64,000 nt of DNA. Source: Salinivirgaceae bacterium (GTDB lineage: Bacteria; Bacteroidota; Bacteroidia; Bacteroidales; SZUA-534). The position numbers and the translations under genes are program-made. Where the stretch lies: assembly GCA_017645945.1 (NCBI GenBank), contig JAGCNL010000034.1:1503-65502 (forward strand). The letters are read 5' to 3'. The notes under the pieces are model-generated. The model had not been told where the DNA came from, searched no databases, and saw only the letters and a program-made list of their open reading frames with translations. Positions 6,756-17,414 of the stretch are shown one piece after another. Each line of letters begins with the position of its first letter. Within the stretch, counting starts at the first letter, position 1.

Positions 6756-8300
6756 ATGTTAAAAACTAAAAACTACACATATATATATGTAAAACGACTG
6801 CAAACGGCACTTGCCATTGCATCAATTTTGGCTACGGTCGCAACCGCCGTGCTAGCGATTTTCCATTTCCGTCTTCTTTTTGTGACAGCCACGGCCGCAC
6901 TAGCGGTGTTCCTCATTCTGGCAAACCTGCTAATCGATAAGTTTGTCGGCGGAAGGATTCTGAAACAGATTGACAATAGTCTGAAACAACTTGCTGCTGG
7001 CGGAAGCGTCACCGTGACGCCCAAGCAGATACGACGGCACCAGATGTTCAGGCGCATTGGCGGTGTGGCGAGACACTACAACGAGTTGGAACGCTACGCT
7101 GAAATCACCGCTTCGGGGCAGAAGTACGAGCCGCTCAACACGCTTGCCGACGACAGTTTTATGCAGGCAATCAGCAAGTTGAAACAGCACCTCGACAAAC
7201 TTGCGAGCGAAGAAAACGACTGGAAGGAACAGGAACTCAAGCGCAACTGGATGAACCAGGGTGTGGCCAAGTTTTCGGACATTATGCGGCAGTCGAACCG
7301 TTCGATGGGCGAGATTGCAAACGAACTGCTGCGCCAGCTCATCAAATACACCGACTGCAACCAGGGTGGCATATTTGTGCGCGAAAACACCGACGATGAG
7401 TTCCTTACAATGATTGCCTCGTATGCCTACGACCGTCAGAAGTTTCCCGACAAGAAATGCAGCCTCGAAGACGGACTGATTGCCGCCGTCTATCACGAGA
7501 AAGCGTCTCTTTTTATGACCGATATCCCCGAGGAGTATCTTGCAATACGTTCGGGTATGGGCGAAGCGTCGCCGCGGTGCTTGTTCCTTGTGCCGCTCAT
7601 CTGCGATGAGAACGTGTTAGGAATAATTGAGTTGGCATCGTTCAGCGTTCTCGACGAGCACAAGCAGAAATTCATTGAGAAGATTGCTGAGAGTTTTGCG
7701 TCAACCTTGTCGGCATCGCACTTGAACAACACAACTGTGAAACTGCTCGAAAAGGCGCAAAAACAGGCGGAACAACTTAAAACTCAAGAAGAAGAACTGC
7801 GCCAAAGCATTGAAGAGATGCAGACGCAACAGGAAGAGATGGAAACCAAGCAACACGAACTGGAAGAGAGCGAGAATCTGATGCGCCGCATCATCGACCT
7901 TGTGCCTTACCCGATTTTTGTGAAAAATATCCACCGCCAGTATATTGTTGCAAACCAGGAAGAAGGCAAGCTCTACAATATGCCCGTTGACAGTCTGCTC
8001 GGACACTCCGATGACGAACTTGTCAACGATATTGACGAGCTGAACGCCATTCACGAAAGTGATACCAAAGTGCTGGAACAAAGGCAAATGATAAAACTGC
8101 CCGAGCAGACCATATCGCTACCCGACGGCACACGGCGCGTGCTGCAAACCATCAAAGTGCCGTTCATCAACAACATTACGCACAACCCGAACATCCTTGG
8201 CGTCTCGTTCGACCTCACATCGGTGCGCGAAATGGAACAACAGCTGCGCAAGAGCGAAGCGAAGGTTAAGGATTTGGAAAATAAGTTGGCGGGGAAATAG
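6756..8300 (+). CDS. membrane-anchored GAF + coiled-coil + PAS sensor protein with no recognisable output domain
   Basis: Two N-terminal TM helices. A GAF-like core (GGIFVRENTDDEFLTMIASYAYDR...LVPLICDENVLGIIELASF), a Q/E-rich coiled coil, and a PAS-like C-terminus (RIIDLVPYPIFVKN...). Confidence 0.6.
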   Translation: MLKTKNYTYIYVKRLQTALAIASILATVATAVLAIFHFRLLFVTATAALAVFLILANLLIDKFVGGRILKQIDNSLKQLAAGGSVTVTPKQIRRHQMFRRIGGVARHYNELERYAEITASGQKYEPLNTLADDSFMQAISKLKQHLDKLASEENDWKEQELKRNWMNQGVAKFSDIMRQSNRSMGEIANELLRQLIKYTDCNQGGIFVRENTDDEFLTMIASYAYDRQKFPDKKCSLEDGLIAAVYHEKASLFMTDIPEEYLAIRSGMGEASPRCLFLVPLICDENVLGIIELASFSVLDEHKQKFIEKIAESFASTLSASHLNNTTVKLLEKAQKQAEQLKTQEEELRQSIEEMQTQQEEMETKQHELEESENLMRRIIDLVPYPIFVKNIHRQYIVANQEEGKLYNMPVDSLLGHSDDELVNDIDELNAIHESDTKVLEQRQMIKLPEQTISLPDGTRRVLQTIKVPFINNITHNPNILGVSFDLTSVREMEQQLRKSEAKVKDLENKLAGK

Positions 8301-8549
8301 CCTTATTCCAACACAAATTTTGGCTTTTTTTTCGAGGAAAACGGGAAGCTCGAACCAATTAAATCCGAAACCCAAAACTTCCTCAAAATCACCTTTGCTG
8401 CATTCCCAAAAAGAACGTATTTTCGCGGCAATTTTCGGGTACGGAAACAAAGAATTAATAATTTATATAAACAACAGAGTGTCAGTTGGTTATTTGTTTT
8501 TCAAAAAAATCTAAACTTCTAACCTCTGCCTCTCAACTTTCAGAAAGTT

Positions 8550-11500
8550 ATGTCGAAGAATTTTGTAACAATTGACGGCAACGAGGCTGCATCGCACGTT
8601 GCGTATGAGTTTACGGAGATTGCCGCCATCTATCCTATCACGCCATCATCGCCAATGGCGGAGCACACCGACGCCTGGTCGGCAAAAGGACGCAAGAACA
8701 TTTTCGGCCAACAGGTTACGTTGATTGAAATGCAGTCGGAGGCTGGTGCAATTGGTGCCGTTCACGGAGCGGCGCAGACTGGCTCGCTTGCCACAAGTTT
8801 CACATCGAGCCAGGGCCTTATGCTTATGATTCCGGTGCTTCACCGCATTGCGGGCGAGCGTCTGCCAGTGGTTCTGCACGTGGCCGCACGCACCGTGGGC
8901 ACACACGCAATGAGCATCTTCGGCGACCATTCCGACGTAATGGGCTGCCGCAACACTGGCTTTGCAATGCTCTGCACGGGCAGCGTTCAGGAGGTTATGG
9001 ATTTGGCCGGCGTGGCTCACTTGGCCGCCGTCAAAGGTCAGACACCAGTAATGCACTTCTTCGATGGTTTCCGTACATCGCACGAGATTAACACCGTTGA
9101 GGCCATCGACACGGAGAAACTTGCCGCACTGCTCGACCGCGACGCTCTGCAGGCTTTCCGCGCCCACGCGCTCAATCCGGAGCATCCGCTTATGCGCGGA
9201 ACGGTGCAGAACCCCGACGTGTTCTTCCAGGTTCGTGAGGCGTGCAACCCTTACTACGACGCGCTTCCGGCCATCTTCGAGGATTATTTCGAAAAAATCG
9301 GCCAACTGACAGGCCGCAAATATCACCTGTTCGACTACTACGGCGCACCCGACGCAACCCGCGTGGTTATTGCTATGGGCAGCGTGTCGGGGGCTGTGAA
9401 GGAGGCTGTTGACAGCCTGAACGCCAAAGGCGAGAAGACCGGCTTTGTGCAGGTTCATCTCTACCGCCCGTTCAGCGCCGAACATCTGCTCAAGGCTCTG
9501 CCGAAGAGCGTTGAGCAGATTGCCGTTCTCGACCGCTGCAAAGAGCCCGGAAGCGCCGGCGAGCCGCTGTTTGAGGACGTTTGCTCAGTGATTCTCAATT
9601 CTGATAGAAAGATAAAAGTTGTAGGCGGCCGTTACGGCTTGTCGTCGAAAGACACCGACCCGGGACAGATTCTGGCCGTGTTTGCCAATCTGGCCACAGC
9701 CGAACCTAAAAACGGCTTCACCATCGGCATAACCGACGACGTTACGCGCTTGTCGCTGCCTACTCTGCCGTTCGACAATCCGGGCGGCGACACCTTCAGT
9801 TGCAAGTTCTGGGGCCTTGGCGGCGACGGAACAGTGGGCGCCAACAAAAACACCGTGCAGATTGTGAGCCAATGCGCCGGAATGTACGGTCAGGCTTATT
9901 TTGAGTACGACGCCAAAAAGTCGTTCGGCGTGACGAAATCGCACCTGCGCTTCGGCAAAAATCCCGTCGAGAGCTCGTACTACGTGAAAAGCGCCGATTT
10001 TGTAGCCTGCCACAATCAGAGTTATATCGACAAATACGATATTGTTTCGGAAGTGAAACAGGGCGGCACATTCCTACTCAACTGCACCAAAACCGACGCC
10101 GAACTTGAGTCGTGGCTTCCGGCCAACGTCAAACGCGCGCTGGCGCTGAAAAAAATCCGCTTCTGCGTGATTGACGCCACCGACATTGCAATGAACATCG
10201 GCCTTGGAAGCCATACCAACACGGTGCTTCAGGCTGCATTCTTCGCCTGCACGGGCATCATCAAACCCGACGTTGCGCTCGAGGCAATGAAAGCCGCCGC
10301 ACGCAAGACCTATTTTGCCAAAGGCGAAGAGGTTGTGAACAAGAACGTTGCGGCCATCGACAAGGGTGCCGCCGGAGTACGCGAGATTGCCGTTCCGGCT
10401 GCGTGGGCCAATGCCAAAGACGAGGTTGAGGCTGTTGCCGACAACCGTCCGGCTGTGGTGCGCAACCTGCTCGAGCCCATCAATGCTCAAAAGGGCGACG
10501 ACCTGCCTGTGAGCGCTTTCGCCGACTGCATCGACGGAACTCTCGAAATGGGCCTGACAGCCTACGAGAAGCGCGGAATTGCCGTGAAGGTGCCCGTCTG
10601 GAATGCCGACAAGTGCATCCAGTGCAACCGCTGCTCGCTTGTCTGCCCGCACGCCGTCATCCGTCCATATCTGCTCGACGAGGCTGAAAAAGCCGCCGCA
10701 CCCGAAGGTTTCAAAACTATCGTGGCCAACGGCAAAGCCAAAGCAATGGAACTTCATTTCGCGTTGAGCATATCGGCTCTCGACTGCACAAGCTGCGGAA
10801 GCTGCGTTCAGTGCTGCCCGGCCAACGCGCTCGAAATGCAACCGGCAGTGTTCAGCCAGCAGGATAAAGATTGCTTCAAATACGGCCTGAAACTTGCGCC
10901 CAAAGGCGATATTTTTGAACCATACTCGATAAAGGGCAGCCAGTTCCGTCAGCCGCTGCTCGAATTCTCGGCAGCCTGCGCCGGTTGCGGCGAGACACCA
11001 TACGCCAAACTGCTCACACAACTCTTCGGCGACCGCGCCTTCTGGGCCAACGCCACCGGTTGCTCGCAAGCGTGGGGCTCGGCAATGCCCGGCATCCCCT
11101 ACACGGTGAACCACCGCGGTTTCGGTCCTGCTTGGACAAACAGCCTTTTCGAGAACAACGCCGAATTGTGCTTGGGAATGTATCTGTCGGTCAAACAGCG
11201 CCGCGCACTACTGAAGGAGAAAGTTGAGGCTCTGGCGCAAACGGGTTCCGACAGTCTGAAATCGGCTTGCCAGCAATGGCTCGACACGTTCGACGACATC
11301 GACAAATCGCGCCAATCGACCGACCTGCTGATTGACGAACTTCAAAAGGCTGGCGGCGAGAAATCGACTGATATTCTGGCATCGAAAGACATCTTGTCGA
11401 AAAAGACCTTCTGGATGTTCGGTGGCGACGGCTGGGCATACGATATTGGCTTCGGCGGTCTGGACCACGTGGTAGCCGGCGGTGAGAATATCAACGTATT

Positions 11501-12029
11501 TATCATCGACACAGAGATTTACTCAAATACAGGCGGCCAGAGTAGCAAGGCAACGCCAATGGGTGCGGTGGCAAAATTCGCCGCATCGGGCAAGAAGAGC
11601 CGCAAGAAGGACCTTGGCGCCATAATGATGACCTACGGCAACGTGTATGTGGCACAAGTGGCAATGGGCGCCGACCCCGCACAGTTGATTAAGGCTGTGA
11701 AGGAGGCCGAAGAATATGACGGTCCGTCGGTGGTGATTGCCTACACGCCTTGCGCATCGCACGGAATCTGCATTGGTATGCACCGCGTTCAAGAGGAGAT
11801 GAAACGTGCCGTTGAGAGCGGTTACTGGTTGCTCTACCGCTACGACCCGCGTCTTGAGCATCCGTTCCAGCTCGACTCGAAGGCCCCAACAATGCCTTAC
11901 AAGGAGTTCCTGGCCGGCGAGGTGCGCTACAACTCACTCACCCGCAGCTTCCCCGAAAATGCCGAAAAACTCTTCGAGCAAGGCAGCGCCGATGCTGAGG
12001 AGAGGTATAAGAGGTATTCGGAGATGTAG
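8550..12029 (+). CDS. nifJ: pyruvate:ferredoxin (flavodoxin) oxidoreductase
   Basis: 1159 aa with two 4Fe-4S ferredoxin motifs (CIQCNRCSLVCPH, CTSCGSCVQCCP) and a TPP-binding region (GGDGWAYDIGFGGLDHV). The length and order are typical of PFOR. Confidence 0.93.
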   Translation: MSKNFVTIDGNEAASHVAYEFTEIAAIYPITPSSPMAEHTDAWSAKGRKNIFGQQVTLIEMQSEAGAIGAVHGAAQTGSLATSFTSSQGLMLMIPVLHRIAGERLPVVLHVAARTVGTHAMSIFGDHSDVMGCRNTGFAMLCTGSVQEVMDLAGVAHLAAVKGQTPVMHFFDGFRTSHEINTVEAIDTEKLAALLDRDALQAFRAHALNPEHPLMRGTVQNPDVFFQVREACNPYYDALPAIFEDYFEKIGQLTGRKYHLFDYYGAPDATRVVIAMGSVSGAVKEAVDSLNAKGEKTGFVQVHLYRPFSAEHLLKALPKSVEQIAVLDRCKEPGSAGEPLFEDVCSVILNSDRKIKVVGGRYGLSSKDTDPGQILAVFANLATAEPKNGFTIGITDDVTRLSLPTLPFDNPGGDTFSCKFWGLGGDGTVGANKNTVQIVSQCAGMYGQAYFEYDAKKSFGVTKSHLRFGKNPVESSYYVKSADFVACHNQSYIDKYDIVSEVKQGGTFLLNCTKTDAELESWLPANVKRALALKKIRFCVIDATDIAMNIGLGSHTNTVLQAAFFACTGIIKPDVALEAMKAAARKTYFAKGEEVVNKNVAAIDKGAAGVREIAVPAAWANAKDEVEAVADNRPAVVRNLLEPINAQKGDDLPVSAFADCIDGTLEMGLTAYEKRGIAVKVPVWNADKCIQCNRCSLVCPHAVIRPYLLDEAEKAAAPEGFKTIVANGKAKAMELHFALSISALDCTSCGSCVQCCPANALEMQPAVFSQQDKDCFKYGLKLAPKGDIFEPYSIKGSQFRQPLLEFSAACAGCGETPYAKLLTQLFGDRAFWANATGCSQAWGSAMPGIPYTVNHRGFGPAWTNSLFENNAELCLGMYLSVKQRRALLKEKVEALAQTGSDSLKSACQQWLDTFDDIDKSRQSTDLLIDELQKAGGEKSTDILASKDILSKKTFWMFGGDGWAYDIGFGGLDHVVAGGENINVFIIDTEIYSNTGGQSSKATPMGAVAKFAASGKKSRKKDLGAIMMTYGNVYVAQVAMGADPAQLIKAVKEAEEYDGPSVVIAYTPCASHGICIGMHRVQEEMKRAVESGYWLLYRYDPRLEHPFQLDSKAPTMPYKEFLAGEVRYNSLTRSFPENAEKLFEQGSADAEERYKRYSEM

Positions 12030-12150
12030 TGAAAGGTAAGAGGGGAAGAGTTTAGAAATTGAGAAGTTGAGAGGTTTAGAGGGGTTAAAGTTTAACGGGT
12101 TTAACAGGTTTAAACGCTGCGCTGTTGAACGGGTTTAATGGGTTAAAATG

Positions 12151-12176
12151 TATGGACGCGATTCATCGCGTCCATA
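12151..12176. repeat. perfect 12-bp-arm palindrome (possible bidirectional terminator)
   Basis: TATGGACGCGAT-TC-ATCGCGTCCATA between the convergent nifJ and lipoprotein genes. T runs are weak. Confidence 0.5.
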
Positions 12177-12269
12177 TGACATAACAATTCAATAAGTTCG
12201 AATTTGAGCCAGCGGTGCACAAAGTAACGCTCTGAAAGAGTGAATCTTACAAAGATTCTACCTTTCAAG

Positions 12270-12986
12270 TTAAGGCGTCACGGGGCGAATATTATAGCCG
12301 AGTTCACGATAGTGATAGTTGTTGGCGCCAACCCAGCCCGCACTAAAATCGGTGTTGCAGGCACCGGGGGAATTGGTTTGATAAAGCGACGACGACCAAT
12401 AATATCCATGTTCATTAACATCGTACAACTGGTCTTCGGTCATGAAGCCCGCAGCGGGAAGGAATATCGAGTTGCCCGTTGCCTCGCTCGCCACAGTGTA
12501 ACCGCTCACTCCCGTGCTGTCGTAGTTGGCAACCCACGTCCAGACGCATTTTGCTTGCAGTTCTTTCCACTCGTCGGCCGAAGGGGTGCGCCATTTCCCA
12601 CCCCAATTGACTGATGCGGCATCGTCTTTTTTCTCCACTTCCAATTTGTAGTCTACGACGCCAAAATCGCTACAGGTGCTGTATTTCGTCAAGGCTTTCA
12701 CGTCATTACCCCATTTGTAGGTACTCCAACTGTAAGAATCTTTAGTGTACGGCTCGGCCCATGCAAAGAATCCGCCCGTCTCTTCCGGCTTGGTGGCTCC
12801 CACATTCCACTTAGCCCATTTTACTGAAGTGCCCATATCGACGGCATCAGCTACAGAACCGCCAGGCAAAGTGCCTTGTAACTCTTCTGAACCATTCTCT
12901 TTTAGAAATTCAAATTCTTCACAGGCCGAGAATGTAAACCCCATTGTCAAGCTCAAAACTGCGAGCCATAAGTTTTTTGTGCTCAT
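12270..12986 (-). CDS. lipoprotein with FISUMP/DUF1566-like domain
   Basis: Lipobox LTMGFTFSAC. Motifs WRTPSADEWKEL, IFLPAAGF, YYWSSS and GYNIRPV are typical of the Fibrobacter-type paralogous domain. Confidence 0.55.
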   Translation of the reverse strand: MSTKNLWLAVLSLTMGFTFSACEEFEFLKENGSEELQGTLPGGSVADAVDMGTSVKWAKWNVGATKPEETGGFFAWAEPYTKDSYSWSTYKWGNDVKALTKYSTCSDFGVVDYKLEVEKKDDAASVNWGGKWRTPSADEWKELQAKCVWTWVANYDSTGVSGYTVASEATGNSIFLPAAGFMTEDQLYDVNEHGYYWSSSLYQTNSPGACNTDFSAGWVGANNYHYRELGYNIRPVTP

Positions 12987-13099
12987 TTGGCATGTTTTTT
13001 ACGATGGTAAAAATATAAAAGTGCACACAAGTTTAATGTTGTCCGGTTATTGCTTTTTCAGTTTTTTTTCTCAAATTGCTGATTCAAAATTGAATTGTA

Positions 13100-14158
13100 A
13101 TGAAAGCATTTGTTCCGGCAATTGCCCTTGCGGCACTTTTCATGGTGGCCTGCCAACCCACCGGCACACCCGTCAGCGAAAAACAAGGCGGCACTCTGCG
13201 CGTCAATATCAGCGACATTCCGCACATTGTTTTCCCTGGACAAGTTGAGAAACGCAGCGAGCAAATACTTGTCAGCCAGGTCTATTCGGGTCTTGTGAAA
13301 TACAATCCGCGCACTCTCGAAATAATTCCGTCGGTTGCTAAATCTTACAATATCTCTCCCGACGGACTGACTTATTCTTTTGTGCTCAACAAACGCGCCA
13401 AGTTCCAAGACGACCGCTGCTTCCCGCAAGGCAAAGGCCGCCACATAACCGCCGCCGACTTCAAATACTCGATTGAACAGGTTTGCCGCAACAGACATGC
13501 CCAAGAACGCGATGTTCCTCGTCAGGTCAGGAACATTGAGGGTGCCGACGCCTTTCTGCCAACTGCAAAAGACAACGACTTGCTGGATATCAGCGGCATA
13601 GAAGCACCAAACGACAGTGTGCTTGTCATCAAGTTGAAAAAGCCCGACGACCTTTTCCTTCACTTTCTGGCGGGCCCCAATGCACTTGTCTTTGCCCGCG
13701 AGGCTTTCAATGCCTACGGCGTAAACGGCACAGCAGGCTCTGGTCCGTTCCGGATGAAATACCCGAACATCATCGGGCAGCAGATTGTTTTGAGCCGCAT
13801 TCCCGACTTTTGGGAAACATCGGCAGACAACGAGCCTCTGCCTTATCTCGACTCTGTGATCTTCTCGTTCATCACATCACCAAAAAAAGAGATTTATCTG
13901 TTTGAAATCGGGAAAGCCAATGTGGTGTTTGATGTGGCGACTGCCCAAATCACTCCGTTCCTCGAATCGAACATCGAAAAGTTTGAGTCCAACCCTCCGG
14001 TTTACATCATGTCGAGCACAATCTACCAGGACAACGACAAACGATTCAACCTGCTGACAGCCAATGTGAAAGAGCTGTATATCAACTCGCAGAACTATTT
14101 CGATTTCACGGAAGTTTACTTGCAGAAACCCGATCCGCAAAACGCTGACAAGCAATAA
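13100..14158 (+). CDS. solute-binding protein family 5-like lipoprotein (short)
   Basis: Lipobox FMVAC. The N-terminal region (SQVYSGLVKYNPRTLEIIPSVAKSYNISPDGLTYSFVLNKRAKFQDD) resembles peptide/nickel SBP_bac_5. At 352 aa it is shorter than typical members. Confidence 0.5.
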   Translation: MKAFVPAIALAALFMVACQPTGTPVSEKQGGTLRVNISDIPHIVFPGQVEKRSEQILVSQVYSGLVKYNPRTLEIIPSVAKSYNISPDGLTYSFVLNKRAKFQDDRCFPQGKGRHITAADFKYSIEQVCRNRHAQERDVPRQVRNIEGADAFLPTAKDNDLLDISGIEAPNDSVLVIKLKKPDDLFLHFLAGPNALVFAREAFNAYGVNGTAGSGPFRMKYPNIIGQQIVLSRIPDFWETSADNEPLPYLDSVIFSFITSPKKEIYLFEIGKANVVFDVATAQITPFLESNIEKFESNPPVYIMSSTIYQDNDKRFNLLTANVKELYINSQNYFDFTEVYLQKPDPQNADKQ

Positions 14159-14182
14159 CTGAACACCGCTTACCATAAAAAT

Positions 14183-14215
14183 AAAAAAGAAGCCCCGAAT
14201 GAGGCTTCTTTTATT
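14183..14215. terminator. bidirectional intrinsic terminator
   Basis: AAGAAGCC-CCGAATGA-GGCTTCTT flanked by an A run and a T run, between convergent genes. Confidence 0.65.
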
Positions 14216-14243
14216 GTATAATCAAGTTTGCGCTGTCTGATTA

Positions 14244-15293
14244 TCAAAGAATTAACATTGCATCGCCGTAAGGACCGAAGCGGTAGCCTTCCTTCATGGC
14301 CACGTTGTACGACTCCATCAGAAGGTCGTAACCTGCAAAGGCTGCAACCATCATCATCAGAGTTGATTGAGGCAGCTGGAAATTCGACACCATCGAGCTT
14401 GCAACGCTGAACTCGTAAGGCGGGAAGATGAACTTATTGGTCCAGCCGTCGAACGGTTTCAGGAATCCGTAAGTCGATACCGAGCTTTCGAGAGTACGCA
14501 TCACAGTTGTGCCGATTGCGCAGACATGGTGACGTCCCTCCTTCGCCTTGTTGACGATGTTGGCGGCCTCCTCGGTGATAAGAATCTGCTCCGAGTCCAT
14601 CTTGTGCTTTGTGAGGTCTTCAACATCAACCGAACGGAAGTTGCCAAGTCCTACATGCAGAGTGATTTCTGCAAAATTGATGCCTTTAATCTCGCAGCGT
14701 TTGAGCAGCTCGCGGCTGAAATGCAGACCTGCTGTCGGGGCAGCCACAGCACCCTCATATTTGGCAAAGATTGTCTGGTAGCGCTCTGCGTCTTCGGGCT
14801 CAACCGGGCGCTTAATCGAACGCGGGATAGGAGTCTCGCCAAGCGAGTAAAGAGTCTTTTTGAATTCTTCGTACGGACCGTCGAAAAGGAAACGGAGCGT
14901 GCGGCCGCGCGATGTGGTGTTGTCGATAACCTCTGCCACAAGCGAGTCGTCCTCGCCAAAGTAAAGCTTGTTGCCGATGCGGATTTTGCGAGCCGGGTCA
15001 ACCAACACGTCCCACAAACGCTGGTCGTGGTTCAGCTCACGGAGCAGGAACACCTCGATTTTCGCACCTGTTTTCTCCTTATTGCCATAAAGACGCGCCG
15101 GGAACACCTTCGTGTTGTTGAACACAAACACATCCTTGTCGTCGAAATAGTTGATTATCTCCTTGAAGATCTTGTGTTCGAACTGTCCTGTCTTGCGATT
15201 GACAATCAATAAGCGAGCCTCATCCCGATTCTCTGTCGGATAAAGTGCAATACGGTCTTCTGGCAGATCGTAGTTAAATTGTGAAAGTTTCAT
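14244..15293 (-). CDS. queA: S-adenosylmethionine:tRNA ribosyltransferase-isomerase
   Basis: 349 aa with the hallmark N-terminus [19 protein letters not shown] and conserved QueA blocks (TAGLHF, VCAIGTT). Confidence 0.92.
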   Translation of the reverse strand: MKLSQFNYDLPEDRIALYPTENRDEARLLIVNRKTGQFEHKIFKEIINYFDDKDVFVFNNTKVFPARLYGNKEKTGAKIEVFLLRELNHDQRLWDVLVDPARKIRIGNKLYFGEDDSLVAEVIDNTTSRGRTLRFLFDGPYEEFKKTLYSLGETPIPRSIKRPVEPEDAERYQTIFAKYEGAVAAPTAGLHFSRELLKRCEIKGINFAEITLHVGLGNFRSVDVEDLTKHKMDSEQILITEEAANIVNKAKEGRHHVCAIGTTVMRTLESSVSTYGFLKPFDGWTNKFIFPPYEFSVASSMVSNFQLPQSTLMMMVAAFAGYDLLMESYNVAMKEGYRFGPYGDAMLIL

Positions 15294-15316
15294 TCAAAAA
15301 AAGTGCTTTTAAAAAG

Positions 15317-16087
15317 TTATTCTACGCTGTTTTCCTCAATCGGTTTCAAATTTCTTATGATTTTTTCGAATTCTGCGATGTCGATGGCGCTGTCCAAACT
15401 AAAATCGCCGCTGGCTGTCCGGCACAAATCGTGGAGATAAGCGCCTGAGCCAAGCCGCTGTCCGAAGTCGCGGGCTAAAGCTCTGATATATGTGCCTTTG
15501 CTGCATTTAATTCTGACCACCACCTGCGGCAGACTGCAATCAATAAGTTCAAGTTCGTCAATGGTTATGCGCGACGGCTTCAACTCGATATCATGACCTT
15601 TGCGTGCCGCCACGTACGCCCGCTGGCCGTCGATCTGCTTGGCCGAGAACAATGGCGGAATCTGATCCTGCTCGCCGACGAATGTTTTCAGCACATTCTC
15701 CACTTTCTCGCGGGTGATGCCTTCGGTGCTATAGGTGCAGTCAATTTCAGTCTCACGGTCGAAAGATGGCGTGGTGGCGCCCAGCATGAACGTGGCCACA
15801 TATTCCTTGCTGCTGGCCTGCAAAGCCTCAATTTGCTTGGTCATCCGCCCAGTGCAAATCACCAGAAGGCCCGTTGCCAAAGGGTCGAGCGTGCCAGCAT
15901 GACCAACTTTTATCTTTTTCAGATGAAACTGATTCCTAAGCAGATAGCGCACCTTGTTCACAACATCGAACGAGGTCCAGCGCAATGGTTTGTTAATCAG
16001 AACAATCTGGCCGTCCTCAAAATCCTGTTGTGTCAAATTCTGCAATTGAGCCGCTACCTGGAGCTTGTTTTCCGAACTCGCACACAC
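15317..16087 (-). CDS. truB: tRNA pseudouridine(55) synthase
   Basis: Motifs KPLRWTSFDVV and GHAGTLDPLATGLL. The start codon in the track is GTG, 2 nt after the upstream stop, so the exact start is uncertain. Confidence 0.88.
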   Translation of the reverse strand: MCASSENKLQVAAQLQNLTQQDFEDGQIVLINKPLRWTSFDVVNKVRYLLRNQFHLKKIKVGHAGTLDPLATGLLVICTGRMTKQIEALQASSKEYVATFMLGATTPSFDRETEIDCTYSTEGITREKVENVLKTFVGEQDQIPPLFSAKQIDGQRAYVAARKGHDIELKPSRITIDELELIDCSLPQVVVRIKCSKGTYIRALARDFGQRLGSGAYLHDLCRTASGDFSLDSAIDIAEFEKIIRNLKPIEENSVE

Positions 16088-16089
16088 AA

Positions 16090-16335
16090 TTATTCTTCGC
16101 TTTTAGGTTTGCGCATAATAGCGTAAATCTCAAAGATGAATCCGATCAGAACAATCATTGGCGCAATCACAATCCGACGGACACTGAACATTGCCTCGTT
16201 GAACACCTGAGGGTCATCGGAACGGCCGCCGGCCATGAGAATGAAGCCGAAGACAATGATGGCGATTCCTATCCAAATGAACTTGTAATTGTCTGATGGC
16301 AAGGCAAATCCTGTCTTTTCTGTCTCGTTACTCAT
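16090..16335 (-). CDS. small two-TM membrane protein (DUF3098-like)
   Basis: 81 aa with two hydrophobic helices. The position between ftsX and truB matches the usual Bacteroidetes DUF3098 context. Confidence 0.5.
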   Translation of the reverse strand: MSNETEKTGFALPSDNYKFIWIGIAIIVFGFILMAGGRSDDPQVFNEAMFSVRRIVIAPMIVLIGFIFEIYAIMRKPKSEE

Positions 16336-16398
16336 AAATCTTCCATTTGTGGGGACATTGTGAAATCCCCGATTGATTATCAGTTAATTTCAATTTTC

Positions 16399-17304
16399 TC
16401 AAGCATACAAATCGTTGCCTTTCATCCGCAGATAACGGTTTACGGCAAGCGTTGTCGAGCACCAGACGATTGCAAAACCAATCACCATGATGCAAGCGTA
16501 AAGAATGGCTATTGTGTCAAGTTCATACAATATCGAAAGCTCCGGAATGTGCTTGTCGATCATATAAATGACCCCGCCGAGTAATATAAACGCAATAAGG
16601 ATGCTAATTAGTGAGTGCCACAAACTTTTTATTACAAACGGCGCCCTGACAAACGCTCTGGTTGCCCCCACAAGCTCCATTGTCTTGATCAGGAAGCGGC
16701 GGGCATAAACTGACAAGCGTATAGTGTTGTTGATCAGCGACAACGAAATGATAAACAGGAGCCCGCAGAAAATGAGCAGCACAATGCTGATTTTCTTAAT
16801 GTTTTGATTGACAGCCTCGATAAGTGACTTCTGGTACGAAACCTCTTTCACTGGTCGTTTTTCTTTGACCTTTTCTTTTTCGTTGTCTTCGATTATTTCT
16901 TTTTCGATTTTTGCAATGCTGTCTGTATTAGCGTATTCAGCCTTCAGCTTGACCTCGATTGAAGGCAGCAACGGATTATAACCTAAGAAGTTGACAAAAT
17001 CCTCGCCTAACTCGTCCTTAAGCTCCATTGCAGCCTGCTCTTTCGAGATAAACTCGGTTGAGCGCACGAATCTCTTTGTTTTGAGGATGTCAGTATATTG
17101 TTTCATCTCAATATCTTTCAAGTTGTTGTTTAAGAATACTGTAATACAGATGTTCTCTTTCACGTGACGCGAGATTTTGTGCGCATTCAGAATCAGCAGC
17201 CCAACCAAGCCTATCACAAACAAAACCAATGATATACTGATGATGGTGGTCAGATAGGAGCTCCTCAACTGACGCGATGTGATATGTGATTCTTTTTTGC
17301 TCAT
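16399..17304 (-). CDS. ftsX: cell division permease FtsX-like
   Basis: One N-terminal TM, a periplasmic domain and 3 C-terminal TM helices, with a LVGAT-type motif (MELVGATRAFVRAPF). The track start at 17310 is TTG; the first ATG is at 17304. Confidence 0.8.
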   Translation of the reverse strand: MSKKESHITSRQLRSSYLTTIISISLVLFVIGLVGLLILNAHKISRHVKENICITVFLNNNLKDIEMKQYTDILKTKRFVRSTEFISKEQAAMELKDELGEDFVNFLGYNPLLPSIEVKLKAEYANTDSIAKIEKEIIEDNEKEKVKEKRPVKEVSYQKSLIEAVNQNIKKISIVLLIFCGLLFIISLSLINNTIRLSVYARRFLIKTMELVGATRAFVRAPFVIKSLWHSLISILIAFILLGGVIYMIDKHIPELSILYELDTIAILYACIMVIGFAIVWCSTTLAVNRYLRMKGNDLYA

Positions 17305-17414
17305 TTTCAATATTTATTGGTTGACAAATATAGGTGAGTTCTGCAAAATCGCCAATTATGTTTTTAGTGAAAAATCATCATTCACAAACGGCTTTGGTAT
17401 TTTAAGACAATTGC

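Noticed and set aside
10074-11114. 346-aa ORF on the minus strand inside nifJ, plus several other 70-280-aa antisense ORFs between 8.6 and 12 kb.
   Set aside because: It lies fully within, and antisense to, a high-confidence 1159-aa PFOR gene. The translation is low-complexity and rich in R/A/G/V, as is typical of shadow frames in G+C-rich coding DNA.
12030-12150. Degenerate GGTTTAA/GGGTTTAA-rich stretch after nifJ as a possible structured repeat or small RNA.
   Set aside because: It shows only loose low-complexity similarity with no consistent period or pairing. It was left unannotated apart from the adjacent perfect palindrome.
14367-15212. 281-aa plus-strand ORF opposite queA.
   Set aside because: It is antisense to a gene with unmistakable QueA motifs, and its translation has no recognisable features.
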